Translations under genes and position numbers: made by a program | Part shown: one piece after another, positions 10,865 through 20,423 of the stretch | Position numbering within the stretch: position 1 is the stretch's first letter | Layout: each line of letters opens with the position of its first letter | The notes under the pieces: generated by a model | The model's database searches: none | The model's input: the letters and a program-made list of their open reading frames with translations, nothing else | What the model was told of the DNA's origin: nothing | Assembly (NCBI GenBank): GCA_902635455.1 | Contig: CACPNW010000005.1 | Location: forward strand, 9,946-73,945 | Direction: 5' to 3' | Origin: an uncultured Alphaproteobacteria bacterium | GTDB taxonomy: Bacteria; Pseudomonadota; Alphaproteobacteria; HIMB59; GCA-002718135 | Length of the DNA stretch: 64,000 nucleotides

Positions 10865-11176
10865 ATGAATAAATCTTTAGTTTTTAAAAATAAATTTTAT
10901 TTATTTTTTTCATTTATTTTTGTTTTTTTCTTATTCTTATATTTGATGTATTTTTTGATCAATGGTCAAAGAGGTATTATTTCTTATTTTAAATTAAAAA
11001 AAATTAATACAATCTATTCAAAAGAGTTAAACAATCTTGAATATCAAAATATTGCTTTAGAAGATAAAATTAGAAGATTACAGCCAAACACACTTGATTT
11101 AGATTATTTAGAAGAAAGATTGAGAAAGAACATTGGTTTGTTGAAAAATAATGAAATTACAGTTGTTTTTGATTAA
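10865..11176 (+). CDS. ftsB: Septum formation initiator (FtsB/DivIC family)
   Basis: 103 aa. Single N-terminal TM plus a coiled coil, and LDYLEERLRKNIGL resembling the FtsB C-terminal motif. Conserved position after eno. Confidence 0.75.
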   Translation: MNKSLVFKNKFYLFFSFIFVFFLFLYLMYFLINGQRGIISYFKLKKINTIYSKELNNLEYQNIALEDKIRRLQPNTLDLDYLEERLRKNIGLLKNNEITVVFD

Positions 11177-11181
11177 TTATA

Positions 11182-11210
11182 TTGACATTTATTTACAAAA
11201 TACATATTAA
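11182..11210 (+). promoter_or_regulatory. Candidate sigma70-type promoter for the pdhABC-lipA cluster (TTGACA-N17-TATTAA)
   Basis: Perfect -35 TTGACA at 11182-11187, a 17-nt spacer, and -10 TATTAA at 11205-11210, 21 nt upstream of the pdhA ATG. Sequence match only. Confidence 0.4.
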
Positions 11211-11231
11211 AAATTTACAAAAATTTACATA

Positions 11232-12197
11232 ATGAACAAAAATCTTACAAATAAAGACTATCTAAAAATATTTAACTATATGTTAAAAATTAGGAGATTT
11301 GAGGAAAGAACAGCTCAACTTTATGGAATGGGCCATATAGGTGGTTTCTGTCATCTTTATATTGGTCAAGAAGCCGTAGTTGTTGGGGTTTTAATGACAA
11401 TAAATAAAAACGATAGTGTTGTTACTACCTATAGAGATCATGGCCATATGATTGCGAGAGGCCTTGATACAAAAAAAATAATGGCTGAATTAACAGGTAG
11501 AAAAGATGGCTACTCTTCAGGAAAAGGCGGCTCAATGCATATGTTTTCTAAAAAAAATAATTTTTATGGTGGTCATGGCATTGTAGGTGCGCAGGTTCCA
11601 ATAGGTACAGGAATAGCCTTTACTCATAAATATAGAAAAGAAAAAAATATTTGTAGAACATACATTGGTGATGGGGCCATGAATAATGGCCAGGTATTTG
11701 AAGCTTTTAATTTAGCATCATTATGGAAGTTACCTATACTTTATATAATTGAAAATAATAAATACGGTATGGGAACATCAGTTGATAGAGCTTCAGCTGG
11801 TAGTGAGCTTTATAAAAGAGGCGAAGCTTTCGGCATCCCAGGAGAAATTGTAGATGGCATGAATGTGTTTAAGGTAATAAAATCAGCAAACAAAGCAGGG
11901 GACTATGTTCGAAGTGGTAAAGGCCCTTATATTTTAGAAGTCCAAACATACAGGTATAGAGGTCACTCTATGTCTGATCCCGCACAATACAGAACAAAAA
12001 AAGAATTAGAATTGTATAAAGATAATGATCCTATTGATATTGTTAAGCAAAAAATTTTAAAAAATAAAATTGCTACTGAAAAAGATTTAGAAAAAATCAA
12101 TGCGAATATAATTTCAGAAATCAAAGTTGCAGCTGAATTTGCATTAGACAACCCTTACCCTGATGTTTCAGAGCTTTATACCGATGTGTATTTGTAA
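11232..12197 (+). CDS. pdhA: Pyruvate dehydrogenase E1 alpha subunit
   Basis: 321 aa. TPP-dependent E1 alpha motifs [16 protein letters not shown] and [11 protein letters not shown]. Confidence 0.93.
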   Translation: MNKNLTNKDYLKIFNYMLKIRRFEERTAQLYGMGHIGGFCHLYIGQEAVVVGVLMTINKNDSVVTTYRDHGHMIARGLDTKKIMAELTGRKDGYSSGKGGSMHMFSKKNNFYGGHGIVGAQVPIGTGIAFTHKYRKEKNICRTYIGDGAMNNGQVFEAFNLASLWKLPILYIIENNKYGMGTSVDRASAGSELYKRGEAFGIPGEIVDGMNVFKVIKSANKAGDYVRSGKGPYILEVQTYRYRGHSMSDPAQYRTKKELELYKDNDPIDIVKQKILKNKIATEKDLEKINANIISEIKVAAEFALDNPYPDVSELYTDVYL

Positions 12198-12208
12198 AAT
12201 TTATTTCT

Positions 12209-13576
12209 ATGTCTCTTGAAATCTTAATGCCAGCTTTATCACCCACAATGACAGAGGGTAATATTAACAAATGGTTAGTTAAGGTAGGCGATAAAGTTAA
12301 AGCTGGAGATATAATAGCTGAGATAGAAACAGATAAAGCTACAATGGAAGTAGAGGCTGTGGATGAAGGTATAGTTAAAGAATTATTAGTTTCTGAAAAT
12401 CAAAGTGTTAAAGTTAGTACTCCAATTGCAATATTGACTAATAATGATTCTGATTCTGGTAGTCAAAAATCTAAAGTTGATAATACTTTAGAGGAAAACA
12501 GCCCTAAAGAAAAAAATAAAATTAACCTAAATGACAAAGAAATTTTAGAAAAAGATTTATCTGAAGAAAAAAAAGTACAAAAAAATTCATCTAAAAAAAT
12601 CATCACAATGCGACAAGCTATTCGGGATACAATTTATGAAGAAATGATTAAGGATAAAGATATTTATATAATTGGAGAAGAAGTTGCTGAATATCAAGGT
12701 GCATATAAAGTAACGCAGGGTCTACTCGAAAAATTTTCTGATAAAAGAGTTATAGATACTCCAATTTCAGAACAAGGTTTTACTGGGTTTGCAATTGGTA
12801 GTGCTTTTAAAGGATTAAGACCAATAGTTGAATTTATGACTTTTAATTTTTCTATGCAAGCAATTGATCAAATTATTAATTCAGCAGCAAAAACTTTATA
12901 TATGTCTGGTGGACAAATTAATTGCCCAATAGTATTCAGAGGACCAAATGGTGCTGCATCTCAAGTTGCCGCTCAACATAGTCAAGATTTCACTTCATGG
13001 TATACGCATTGTCCTGGTTTAAAAGTCTTAGCTCCTTCTACTCCTTATAACGCAAAAGGTTTGTTAAGATCTGCTATAAGAGACAACAATCCAGTTATTT
13101 TTCTTGAAAATGAAATTTTATATTCATTAGAAGGCGAAGTATCTGATGATAAAGATTTTACAATACCTATTGGTAAGGCTGAAATAAGTAGAAAAGGTAA
13201 AGATGTAACTTTGGTTACATATTCTATAATGCTTCAAAAATCATTATTGGCAGCAGATCAATTAAAAAAAGATTATGATATTGAGGTTGAGATTATTGAC
13301 TTACAAAGTTTGAGGCCTTTAGATGTAAATACTATAATCGAATCTGTTAAAAAAACAAATAGACTAATAACTGTAGAAGAATCTTGGCCAATAAATAGTT
13401 TAGGCTCAGAGATAGCAAATATTGTTCAAAGAGAGGCATTCGATTATTTAGACTCACCAATAATTAAAGTTAATAGTGCTGACGTACCTATGCCTTATTC
13501 AAGTTTTTTAGAAAAAAATTATTTGCCTCAAGTTGATGATATTATATTAGCTTTAAAAAAAGTTTGTTATATTTAA
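12209..13576 (+). CDS. pdhB: Pyruvate dehydrogenase E1 beta subunit with N-terminal lipoyl domain
   Basis: 455 aa. N-terminal biotin/lipoyl-attachment domain ([11 protein letters not shown]), a low-complexity linker, then a transketolase-like E1 beta core ([15 protein letters not shown]). This fused architecture is known in alphaproteobacteria. Confidence 0.93.
   Translation: MSLEILMPALSPTMTEGNINKWLVKVGDKVKAGDIIAEIETDKATMEVEAVDEGIVKELLVSENQSVKVSTPIAILTNNDSDSGSQKSKVDNTLEENSPKEKNKINLNDKEILEKDLSEEKKVQKNSSKKIITMRQAIRDTIYEEMIKDKDIYIIGEEVAEYQGAYKVTQGLLEKFSDKRVIDTPISEQGFTGFAIGSAFKGLRPIVEFMTFNFSMQAIDQIINSAAKTLYMSGGQINCPIVFRGPNGAASQVAAQHSQDFTSWYTHCPGLKVLAPSTPYNAKGLLRSAIRDNNPVIFLENEILYSLEGEVSDDKDFTIPIGKAEISRKGKDVTLVTYSIMLQKSLLAADQLKKDYDIEVEIIDLQSLRPLDVNTIIESVKKTNRLITVEESWPINSLGSEIANIVQREAFDYLDSPIIKVNSADVPMPYSSFLEKNYLPQVDDIILALKKVCYI
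12219..12372 (+). repeat. Direct repeat copy 1 (154 bp, identical to 13594-13747): lipoyl-domain module in pdhB
   Basis: Base-by-base reading shows it is identical to 13594-13747. Identity ends abruptly on both sides. Confidence 0.95.
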
Positions 13577-13580
13577 TAAA

Positions 13581-14801
13581 ATGGAATCTAAAAAAATCTT
13601 AATGCCAGCTTTATCACCCACAATGACAGAGGGTAATATTAACAAATGGTTAGTTAAGGTAGGCGATAAAGTTAAAGCTGGAGATATAATAGCTGAGATA
13701 GAAACAGATAAAGCTACAATGGAAGTAGAGGCTGTGGATGAAGGTATTATAACACACTTAATTGATACAGATTTTAAAAAAAAAATTTCTGTAAATTCTG
13801 TAATTGCTATAATTGATGGAAAAAAAGAAGAATTAATTGATTCTTTTTCAGAAAGTTCAAAAAAAGAAATTAAATCTCCAAATCCTCAAAGTAATTTTAT
13901 TGAGCCAAATACTAAAAAAATAAAAAAAGATACTGAGATTAGTAAGAGTTTTAAAGCTTCTCCATATGCAAAATCATTAATTAAAGAGCTTAATATTAGT
14001 CCTGATAGTTTAAATGGTACTGGTCCAATGGGAAGAATTATTAAAAGAGATTTAGTTAATTTAAATAAGAAGGATAAAGATGATTTTAAAATATTAAGAG
14101 ATCATTCGATTAATAAGCCTTCAAGTATCAGAAACATAATTGCTGAAAAAACAACTAAAACAAAACAAAGTGTTCCTCATTTTTATTTAACAATAGAATC
14201 AAATGTTGGTAATTTAATTAATTTAAGATCTAAAATAAACTCATCTAATAATAATAAAGTTTCTTTTAATGATTTGATAGTTAAAGCATTGTCATTAGCA
14301 ATGAAAAAAAACCCAAAAACAAATGCTTCATGGATTAATGGAGATATTTACACTTATTCTTCAATTGATGTTTCAATAGCTGTATCATTAGAAGAAGGTT
14401 TAATTACTCCAGTAATTAAAGATGCAGATAAAAAAGGGATAAATGAAATTTCATTGGAGATTAGAGATTTGATAAAAAAGGCTAAAGAGAATAAGCTTAT
14501 GCCTGAAGAATATTCAGGAGGGTCTATTTCTATTTCTAACTTAGGTATGTTTGGTATTACTGAATTTTCTGCAATAATAAATAATTTTCAATCTTCAATA
14601 TTAGCAGTTGGATCAATACAAGAAAAACCTATTGTAGAAAATGGAAAAATAAAAGTTGGAAAAATTTTAAAATCAACCCTTTCTGTAGATCACAGAGTAT
14701 TAGATGGAGCTGTAGCAGCAAAGTTACTAAAAGATTTCAGTGATATTTTAGAAAACCCATTTTCTATTTGGTTAGAAAGCAATGATTTAGAAATAATATA
14801 A
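13581..14801 (+). CDS. pdhC: Pyruvate dehydrogenase E2, dihydrolipoamide acetyltransferase
   Basis: 406 aa. One lipoyl domain, a peripheral subunit-binding domain (SPYAKSLIKELNI...GTGPMGRIIKRD), and an acyltransferase core with the DHRVLDGA active site. Confidence 0.93.
   Translation: MESKKILMPALSPTMTEGNINKWLVKVGDKVKAGDIIAEIETDKATMEVEAVDEGIITHLIDTDFKKKISVNSVIAIIDGKKEELIDSFSESSKKEIKSPNPQSNFIEPNTKKIKKDTEISKSFKASPYAKSLIKELNISPDSLNGTGPMGRIIKRDLVNLNKKDKDDFKILRDHSINKPSSIRNIIAEKTTKTKQSVPHFYLTIESNVGNLINLRSKINSSNNNKVSFNDLIVKALSLAMKKNPKTNASWINGDIYTYSSIDVSIAVSLEEGLITPVIKDADKKGINEISLEIRDLIKKAKENKLMPEEYSGGSISISNLGMFGITEFSAIINNFQSSILAVGSIQEKPIVENGKIKVGKILKSTLSVDHRVLDGAVAAKLLKDFSDILENPFSIWLESNDLEII
13594..13747 (+). 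repeat. Direct repeat copy 2 (154 bp, identical to 12219-12372): lipoyl-domain module in pdhC
   Basis: Identical to copy 1. The two copies start 1375 bp apart. Confidence 0.95.
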
Positions 14802-15737
14802 ATGAGCACAATTAGACATCCAGAAAAAATTCATAAACCATCTAATACAATTCCTAGAAAGCCTAGTTGGATTAGAGTAAAGGCACCTAACTCAAATTTA
14901 TTTAATGAAACTCATGAGATTTTAAGAAAAAATAATTTAATTACAGTTTGTGAAGAAGCTTCATGCCCAAACATTTCAGAATGTTGGCAAAAAAAACATG
15001 CAACATTTATGATTTTAGGTGACATTTGTACTAGAGCGTGCGCATTTTGTAATGTAAAAACTGGAAAACCTGGATTTGTAGATTTAGATGAGCCTCATAA
15101 AATAGCAAAAAGTGTACGTGAGCTTTCATTAGAACATGTAGTTATTACAAGTGTTGACAGAGATGATTTAAATGATGGCGGTGCAACTCATTTTATTAAT
15201 GTTATTAAGGCTATAAGAAGTCAAAATCCAAAAAGTACTATAGAAATTCTAACCCCAGACTTTTTAAAAAAGAAAAACGCTTTAAGTATTTTATCTGAGA
15301 ATCTTCCAGATGTATTTAATCATAACTTGGAAACTGTACCACGCTTATATCCATCAATTAGACCTGGATCTAGATATTTTACAAGTTTAAAACTTCTGAA
15401 TGATATTAAAAAAATAAATCAAGAAATTTTTACAAAATCTGGTTTGATGGTCGGTTTGGGTGAAAAAAAAGAAGAAATATATCAAGTTATGGATGATTTA
15501 CGATCAGCTGATGTGGACTTTTTAACTATTGGCCAATATCTACCTCCAACTAATAAACATGCAAAATTAGATAAATTTATAAAACCAAGTGAATTTGATG
15601 AATATAAAAAAATGGCATATGCAAAAGGCTTCTTAATGGTTTCTTCATCTCCTCTAACTCGTTCTAGCTACCATGCTTCTGATGATTTTCAAATAATGCA
15701 AAAAAATAGAAAATTTAAATTAAAAAAAAATAAATGA
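14802..15737 (+). CDS. lipA: Lipoyl synthase
   Basis: 311 aa. Radical-SAM CTRACAFC cluster plus the auxiliary [12 protein letters not shown] cluster. Confidence 0.95.
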   Translation: MSTIRHPEKIHKPSNTIPRKPSWIRVKAPNSNLFNETHEILRKNNLITVCEEASCPNISECWQKKHATFMILGDICTRACAFCNVKTGKPGFVDLDEPHKIAKSVRELSLEHVVITSVDRDDLNDGGATHFINVIKAIRSQNPKSTIEILTPDFLKKKNALSILSENLPDVFNHNLETVPRLYPSIRPGSRYFTSLKLLNDIKKINQEIFTKSGLMVGLGEKKEEIYQVMDDLRSADVDFLTIGQYLPPTNKHAKLDKFIKPSEFDEYKKMAYAKGFLMVSSSPLTRSSYHASDDFQIMQKNRKFKLKKNK

Positions 15738-16171
15738 AAAGATCAAAAAAAAACATAACAATTAATCATAATGCTGATAATTTATTTGACATTGTAATTG
15801 ATATTGAAAAATATCCAGAATTTATACCCTGGTGTACTGGTATGCATGTTCATTCGAAAAACAAAAAAGAAATTTTAGCAGATATGCATGTTTTTTATAA
15901 ATTTTTTATTCCTCAAAAATTTGGTTCTCATGTTTTTTTTAATAAAAAAAAATTAAATATAAAAACTATATATACAGATGGGCCTTTAAAGGATTTAAAA
16001 ACTGATTGGCAATTTAAATCAATAAATAAAAAAAAAACTATCGTTGTATTTACCGTTGAATTTGAGTTTAAAAAATTTCTTCATCAAAAATTAGCTGAAA
16101 CTTTTTTTCCACTAATCGAAAATAAAATGATTAATTCATTTATTAAGAGAGCTAATGATATTTTAAATTAA
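15734..16171 (+). CDS. SRPBCC-fold protein (RatA / COQ10-like, polyketide cyclase/dehydrase family)
   Basis: 145 aa. YPEFIPWC motif typical of RatA/COQ10-type START-like proteins. Conserved position after lipA in alphaproteobacteria. Confidence 0.78.
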   Translation: MKRSKKNITINHNADNLFDIVIDIEKYPEFIPWCTGMHVHSKNKKEILADMHVFYKFFIPQKFGSHVFFNKKKLNIKTIYTDGPLKDLKTDWQFKSINKKKTIVVFTVEFEFKKFLHQKLAETFFPLIENKMINSFIKRANDILN

Positions 16172-16621
16172 AGAATTAATTTTTTTAAAAATAAATATTA
16201 TTATTTGTTTTTGTATTTGGATTCTAGAACCTTTAAAATACTTTTTAAAAACTATATTTTCTTTTTTATACTTAATGCCTATATATACTAAGCCTACTGG
16301 CTTTTTATCTGATCCGCCAGAGGGTCCAGCTACACCAGTCACCGAAATGCACAAATTACAATTTGTTAGTTTGAAAAGATTTTCAGACATTTTTTTTGCT
16401 ACTTGAGAGCTTACAGCACCATGATTTTTAATTAGATTTTTACTAATTTGAAGAAATTTTATTTTTGATTCATTTGAATAACATATAATTCCAGTTTTAA
16501 ATATTTTTGAAACTCCTCTATTTTTAATAAAAGAATAGCTTAATAAACCACCAGTACATGATTCAGCTGTCGCTACAGTAACATTTTCTTTTATGAATTT
16601 GCTAATAATTTTTTTATACAT
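16163..16621 (-). CDS. CinA C-terminal domain protein / nicotinamide-nucleotide amidohydrolase PncC-like
   Basis: 152 aa. TAESCTGGLL and SVTGVAGPSGG motifs of the CinA_C family. Confidence 0.85.
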   Translation of the reverse strand: MYKKIISKFIKENVTVATAESCTGGLLSYSFIKNRGVSKIFKTGIICYSNESKIKFLQISKNLIKNHGAVSSQVAKKMSENLFKLTNCNLCISVTGVAGPSGGSDKKPVGLVYIGIKYKKENIVFKKYFKGSRIQIQKQIIIFIFKKINSLI

Positions 16622-17087
16622 AATGTGTTATTAAATATAGTGTAACAATAGTGTAAATAGCTGCTACTATATCATCCAAAACTACTCCAAAAGAATTTTT
16701 GATTTTTTTATCAATTATATTGGCAGGGTATATTTTTTTAATATCATAGAAACGAAATACAATAAATATTAAAAATATTGTAAAAAAATTGTTAAAAAAA
16801 TATATTTTTTCGTAAAATAAGTAAATAAGATATATGCCAAGAAATTCATCTATTACAATTGTATTTGAATCGTGTTTGTTTAAAATTTTTGAGTAAATTT
16901 CTATGAAATAGAGTGAAATTAAAAATATAAATACAAATATGCATATAAAAATTTCAATTGAAAAAAATTTAAAATAAAAAAAAGGAAATAATAATATTAA
17001 TGAAAATAGAGAGCCAAAAGTTCCTGGAATTTTCTTTAAATTTCCAATGTAAAAAAGCGTTACAAATAATTTAATAATTATGTTCAT
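16614..17087 (-). CDS. pgpA: Phosphatidylglycerophosphatase A
   Basis: 157 aa polytopic membrane protein. IPGTFGSL and LDDIVAAIY motifs of PgpA. Confidence 0.8.
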   Translation of the reverse strand: MNIIIKLFVTLFYIGNLKKIPGTFGSLFSLILLFPFFYFKFFSIEIFICIFVFIFLISLYFIEIYSKILNKHDSNTIVIDEFLGIYLIYLFYEKIYFFNNFFTIFLIFIVFRFYDIKKIYPANIIDKKIKNSFGVVLDDIVAAIYTIVTLYLITHYV

Positions 17088-18219
17088 TACAAATATGTAT
17101 TAAAGCTTCAGAAGCAATTCCTTTGCCATTGCCTATAAATCCAATTTTTTCGTTTGTAGTTGCTTTGATAGAAATTATTTTTTCAGATATAGATAATATT
17201 TTAGATAAATTCTTTTTCATTTTATCTCTGTATTTATTAATATTTGGCTTTTCACATATAATATTTATATCTAAATTAATAATTTTATAACCCTTTTTAA
17301 TTAAAAGTTTTTTACAATAATTTAAAAATATTTTTGAATTAACATTTTTCCACTGTGAATCTTCATTACTAAAATAATAACCTATATCGTTCATAGATAA
17401 AGCTCCAAATATACTATCACATATAGCGTGAATACAAACATCTGCATCTGAATGTCCTATTAGTTTAGAATAGGGCAAATTAGTTCCACAAAGTTTTAAT
17501 CCTTTATTTGAATTGAGATCAAAACGATGTATGTCAAAGCCAATTCCATAACGGTATGTTGTTTTTTGAAGTAAATTAAAAAATTTTATATCTTCGGGAT
17601 AAGTTATTTTTAAATTTGTTTTTTCACCTTTTATATATTTAATTTTTTTACCTAATTTTTGTATTAAGCTAGCATCATCTAGGAGAGATTCATTTTTAAA
17701 TTTTTTGTGCGCATCATAAATATGACTAAAATTAAAACCTTGTGGGGTTTGAATATTTTTAATATTCTTCATCTCTGCTTGATTAGTATTTATCATTCTA
17801 TCATTATATTTTATGTATGGAACAACGACAAAATTATTTCTAAGACATAGCAAAATTGTTTTTAACAATTTATTTGAAACTAATGGTCTTGCAGAATCAT
17901 GAATTAATACATTTTTTGGCTTATAATATTTTAATTTCTTTAATGCTTTGAATGATGATTCTTGCCTTGTATTTCCAGGATCTGAAAATATTAATTTGGT
18001 ATCTTTAACTATTTTTCCTATTTTATTTAAATATTTAGATATGTATTTTTTTTCACAACTTATAACAATAATATCTAAATTTATTGGTAAAATATTAGAT
18101 AATAAATGCTCAATAAAATTATTTTCCCCATATTTTCTGAATTGTTTTGGTATATCTCCACCAAATCTATTTCCTTTACCGCCAGCTAGGATAACAAGTG
18201 CATTTTTCATTAATTTCAT
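17071..18219 (-). CDS. ispDF: Bifunctional 2-C-methyl-D-erythritol 4-phosphate cytidylyltransferase / MEcPP synthase
   Basis: 382 aa. N-terminal IspD (VILAGGKGNRFG) and C-terminal IspF (GIGFDIHRF, GHSDADV). This fusion is typical of alphaproteobacteria. Confidence 0.92.
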   Translation of the reverse strand: MKLMKNALVILAGGKGNRFGGDIPKQFRKYGENNFIEHLLSNILPINLDIIVISCEKKYISKYLNKIGKIVKDTKLIFSDPGNTRQESSFKALKKLKYYKPKNVLIHDSARPLVSNKLLKTILLCLRNNFVVVPYIKYNDRMINTNQAEMKNIKNIQTPQGFNFSHIYDAHKKFKNESLLDDASLIQKLGKKIKYIKGEKTNLKITYPEDIKFFNLLQKTTYRYGIGFDIHRFDLNSNKGLKLCGTNLPYSKLIGHSDADVCIHAICDSIFGALSMNDIGYYFSNEDSQWKNVNSKIFLNYCKKLLIKKGYKIINLDINIICEKPNINKYRDKMKKNLSKILSISEKIISIKATTNEKIGFIGNGKGIASEALIHICNEHNY

Positions 18220-18275
18220 TTATATTATAAAAGCAATAATTTGCACAAAAATAGTTAATAATTTTTATCGTTATA

Positions 18276-20423
18276 GTGTTTAATTTATCCAAAATTATAA
18301 AATCTTTTTATTTAACTAAATTTTCATTTTATTTATTAATATCACTAATAATTTTAAGTTTTTCAATCACTTTTTTTCTTATGCTACCTAATAGTACTTT
18401 AGTAAAAGATCCTCGTAATTTACAAATATTTTTGCTTATAGACGTTATAATTGTCATTCTTTTACTGAGTATAATTATCAGACAAGTTCTTTTAATTTTT
18501 ATTTATAGAAAAAAAAATAATACTGAAACTCGTTTATATACAAAATTTGTTAATTTATTTACAGCTATGGCATTAGGGCCATCAATAGGACTAGTTATTA
18601 TAACTTCTTTATTTTTTAATCTTGAGTTGCAAACTTGGTACAGCGGCGCAGTTAAAGAAGCAGTTGTGAACTCTAATATAGTAGCAAAAGATTATGAAAA
18701 TGAAATTCAAGCAGAATTAATATCTGATACACAGTTAATAATGAGAGAAATATTAAAAGTTTCAAGTAATAATCAGGTACAAGTAGATTCAATTAAAAAA
18801 GCTCTAAATGAATTTATAAATCTTAGAACAATTTCCAATATATATATATTTAATCAAGATGGTGAAGTTTTTTTAAGTTTTAAAGATGTTGAAAAAAATA
18901 ATTTTTTGAATCCAACAAATGACATATTTGAAATTTTAAACAAAAATAGAGTTTATATTTTCCAGTTAAATAAAAATTCAATTACTGCATATAAAAAAAT
19001 AAGTTTTTTAGGCAATGTTTATATGCAGGTAAACAGAGAATTAAATAAAAATATTTGGGATCACATTACAGCAACGAAAGATGCATATAAAATATACTCA
19101 TCTAAAGAACAAGAAAGTAAAGGCATTCAGATTACTTACTCAATGATATTTGTACTTTTTTCTGTTTGTTTTATTCTAATTGCAGTTTTAATAGGTTTTA
19201 ATTTAGCAAGAAGATTATCAAATCCTATCAATAATTTAATTACGTCAGCAAATAAAATTTCTTTAGGTAACTTTGATGCAAAAGTTAGTGAAGAAGACCA
19301 ATTTGAAGAAATTAAAATTTTGATATCATCATATAATAAAATGATTTTAGAAATACAAAACAAACAAAATGAATTATTATCAAAAAGTCTTGAAGATGAA
19401 GAAAAAAGAATATTTATAGAAGCTATTTTAAGCTTACTTACAATTGGTGTAATATCACTTGATAAGGATTATAATATTATTTTAACTAACCAAACTAGTA
19501 ATCTTTTATTTAAGAATTTAAAAAAAATCAAAGAAAATATTAATTTTTTAGACGTTTTTCCTGAATGGTCTAAAATTTTAAATAATTTTAGAGACTCAAA
19601 AAAAATTTTAGAAAATTTTCAATATGAATTTAATATCAATAATGATTTACGAAATTTTAATATCAGAATAATTAAAGAAATAAAAAATAATAATATAGAT
19701 GGTTATTTAGTTGCTATTGATGATACAACATCACTAATTTTAGCTGAAAAACATTCTGCATGGTCTGATATAGCTAGAAAAATTGCACATGAAGTTAAAA
19801 ATCCTTTAACACCAATTAAATTATCAGCTGAAAGAATTCAAAAAAAATATTTAGATAAAAATACATCTCCAGATGAAATTTCTAAATTAACCGAAACTAT
19901 TGCACGACAAGTCGATGATATTGGAAAATTAGTAGATGAATTCTCATCTTTTGCTAGAATGCCTGAAGCTGAAATTAAATTAGATAATTTATCAAAATGT
20001 ATAGAAGAGTCATTTTTTCTTTTTTCAAATTCTCATTCAAAAATTAAAATGTCATTTAATAAGCCAGATGAAGATATTTATCACCAATTTGATAAATTTC
20101 AAATAACACAATGTTTAAAAAACTTAATTAAAAATTCTGTTGAAGCAGTAGGAAAAATTCCTAATCCATCAATAGTAGTTAATTTATTACAAAAAAATAA
20201 TGAAATTATTATAGAAATTATTGATAATGGAATAGGAGTAGATTCAAATAAAATTTCAAAAATATTTGAACCATATTATACTACTAAAAGCAAAGGAACT
20301 GGATTGGGATTATCAATAGTTAAAAGAATTATTGAAGATCATTCTGGTAAAGTTAAAATTGATAAAAATAAAAATATGGCTGGCACAACTTCTAAAATAA
20401 TATTTTCTATCCAAAATGCATAA
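18276..20423 (+). CDS. ntrY: Sensor histidine kinase NtrY
   Basis: 715 aa, GTG start. N-terminal multi-TM region, HAMP, PAS, HisKA H-box HEVKNPLTPI, and HATPase (DNGIGV, GTGLGLSIV). Directly precedes ntrX. Confidence 0.85.
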   Translation: MFNLSKIIKSFYLTKFSFYLLISLIILSFSITFFLMLPNSTLVKDPRNLQIFLLIDVIIVILLLSIIIRQVLLIFIYRKKNNTETRLYTKFVNLFTAMALGPSIGLVIITSLFFNLELQTWYSGAVKEAVVNSNIVAKDYENEIQAELISDTQLIMREILKVSSNNQVQVDSIKKALNEFINLRTISNIYIFNQDGEVFLSFKDVEKNNFLNPTNDIFEILNKNRVYIFQLNKNSITAYKKISFLGNVYMQVNRELNKNIWDHITATKDAYKIYSSKEQESKGIQITYSMIFVLFSVCFILIAVLIGFNLARRLSNPINNLITSANKISLGNFDAKVSEEDQFEEIKILISSYNKMILEIQNKQNELLSKSLEDEEKRIFIEAILSLLTIGVISLDKDYNIILTNQTSNLLFKNLKKIKENINFLDVFPEWSKILNNFRDSKKILENFQYEFNINNDLRNFNIRIIKEIKNNNIDGYLVAIDDTTSLILAEKHSAWSDIARKIAHEVKNPLTPIKLSAERIQKKYLDKNTSPDEISKLTETIARQVDDIGKLVDEFSSFARMPEAEIKLDNLSKCIEESFFLFSNSHSKIKMSFNKPDEDIYHQFDKFQITQCLKNLIKNSVEAVGKIPNPSIVVNLLQKNNEIIIEIIDNGIGVDSNKISKIFEPYYTTKSKGTGLGLSIVKRIIEDHSGKVKIDKNKNMAGTTSKIIFSIQNA

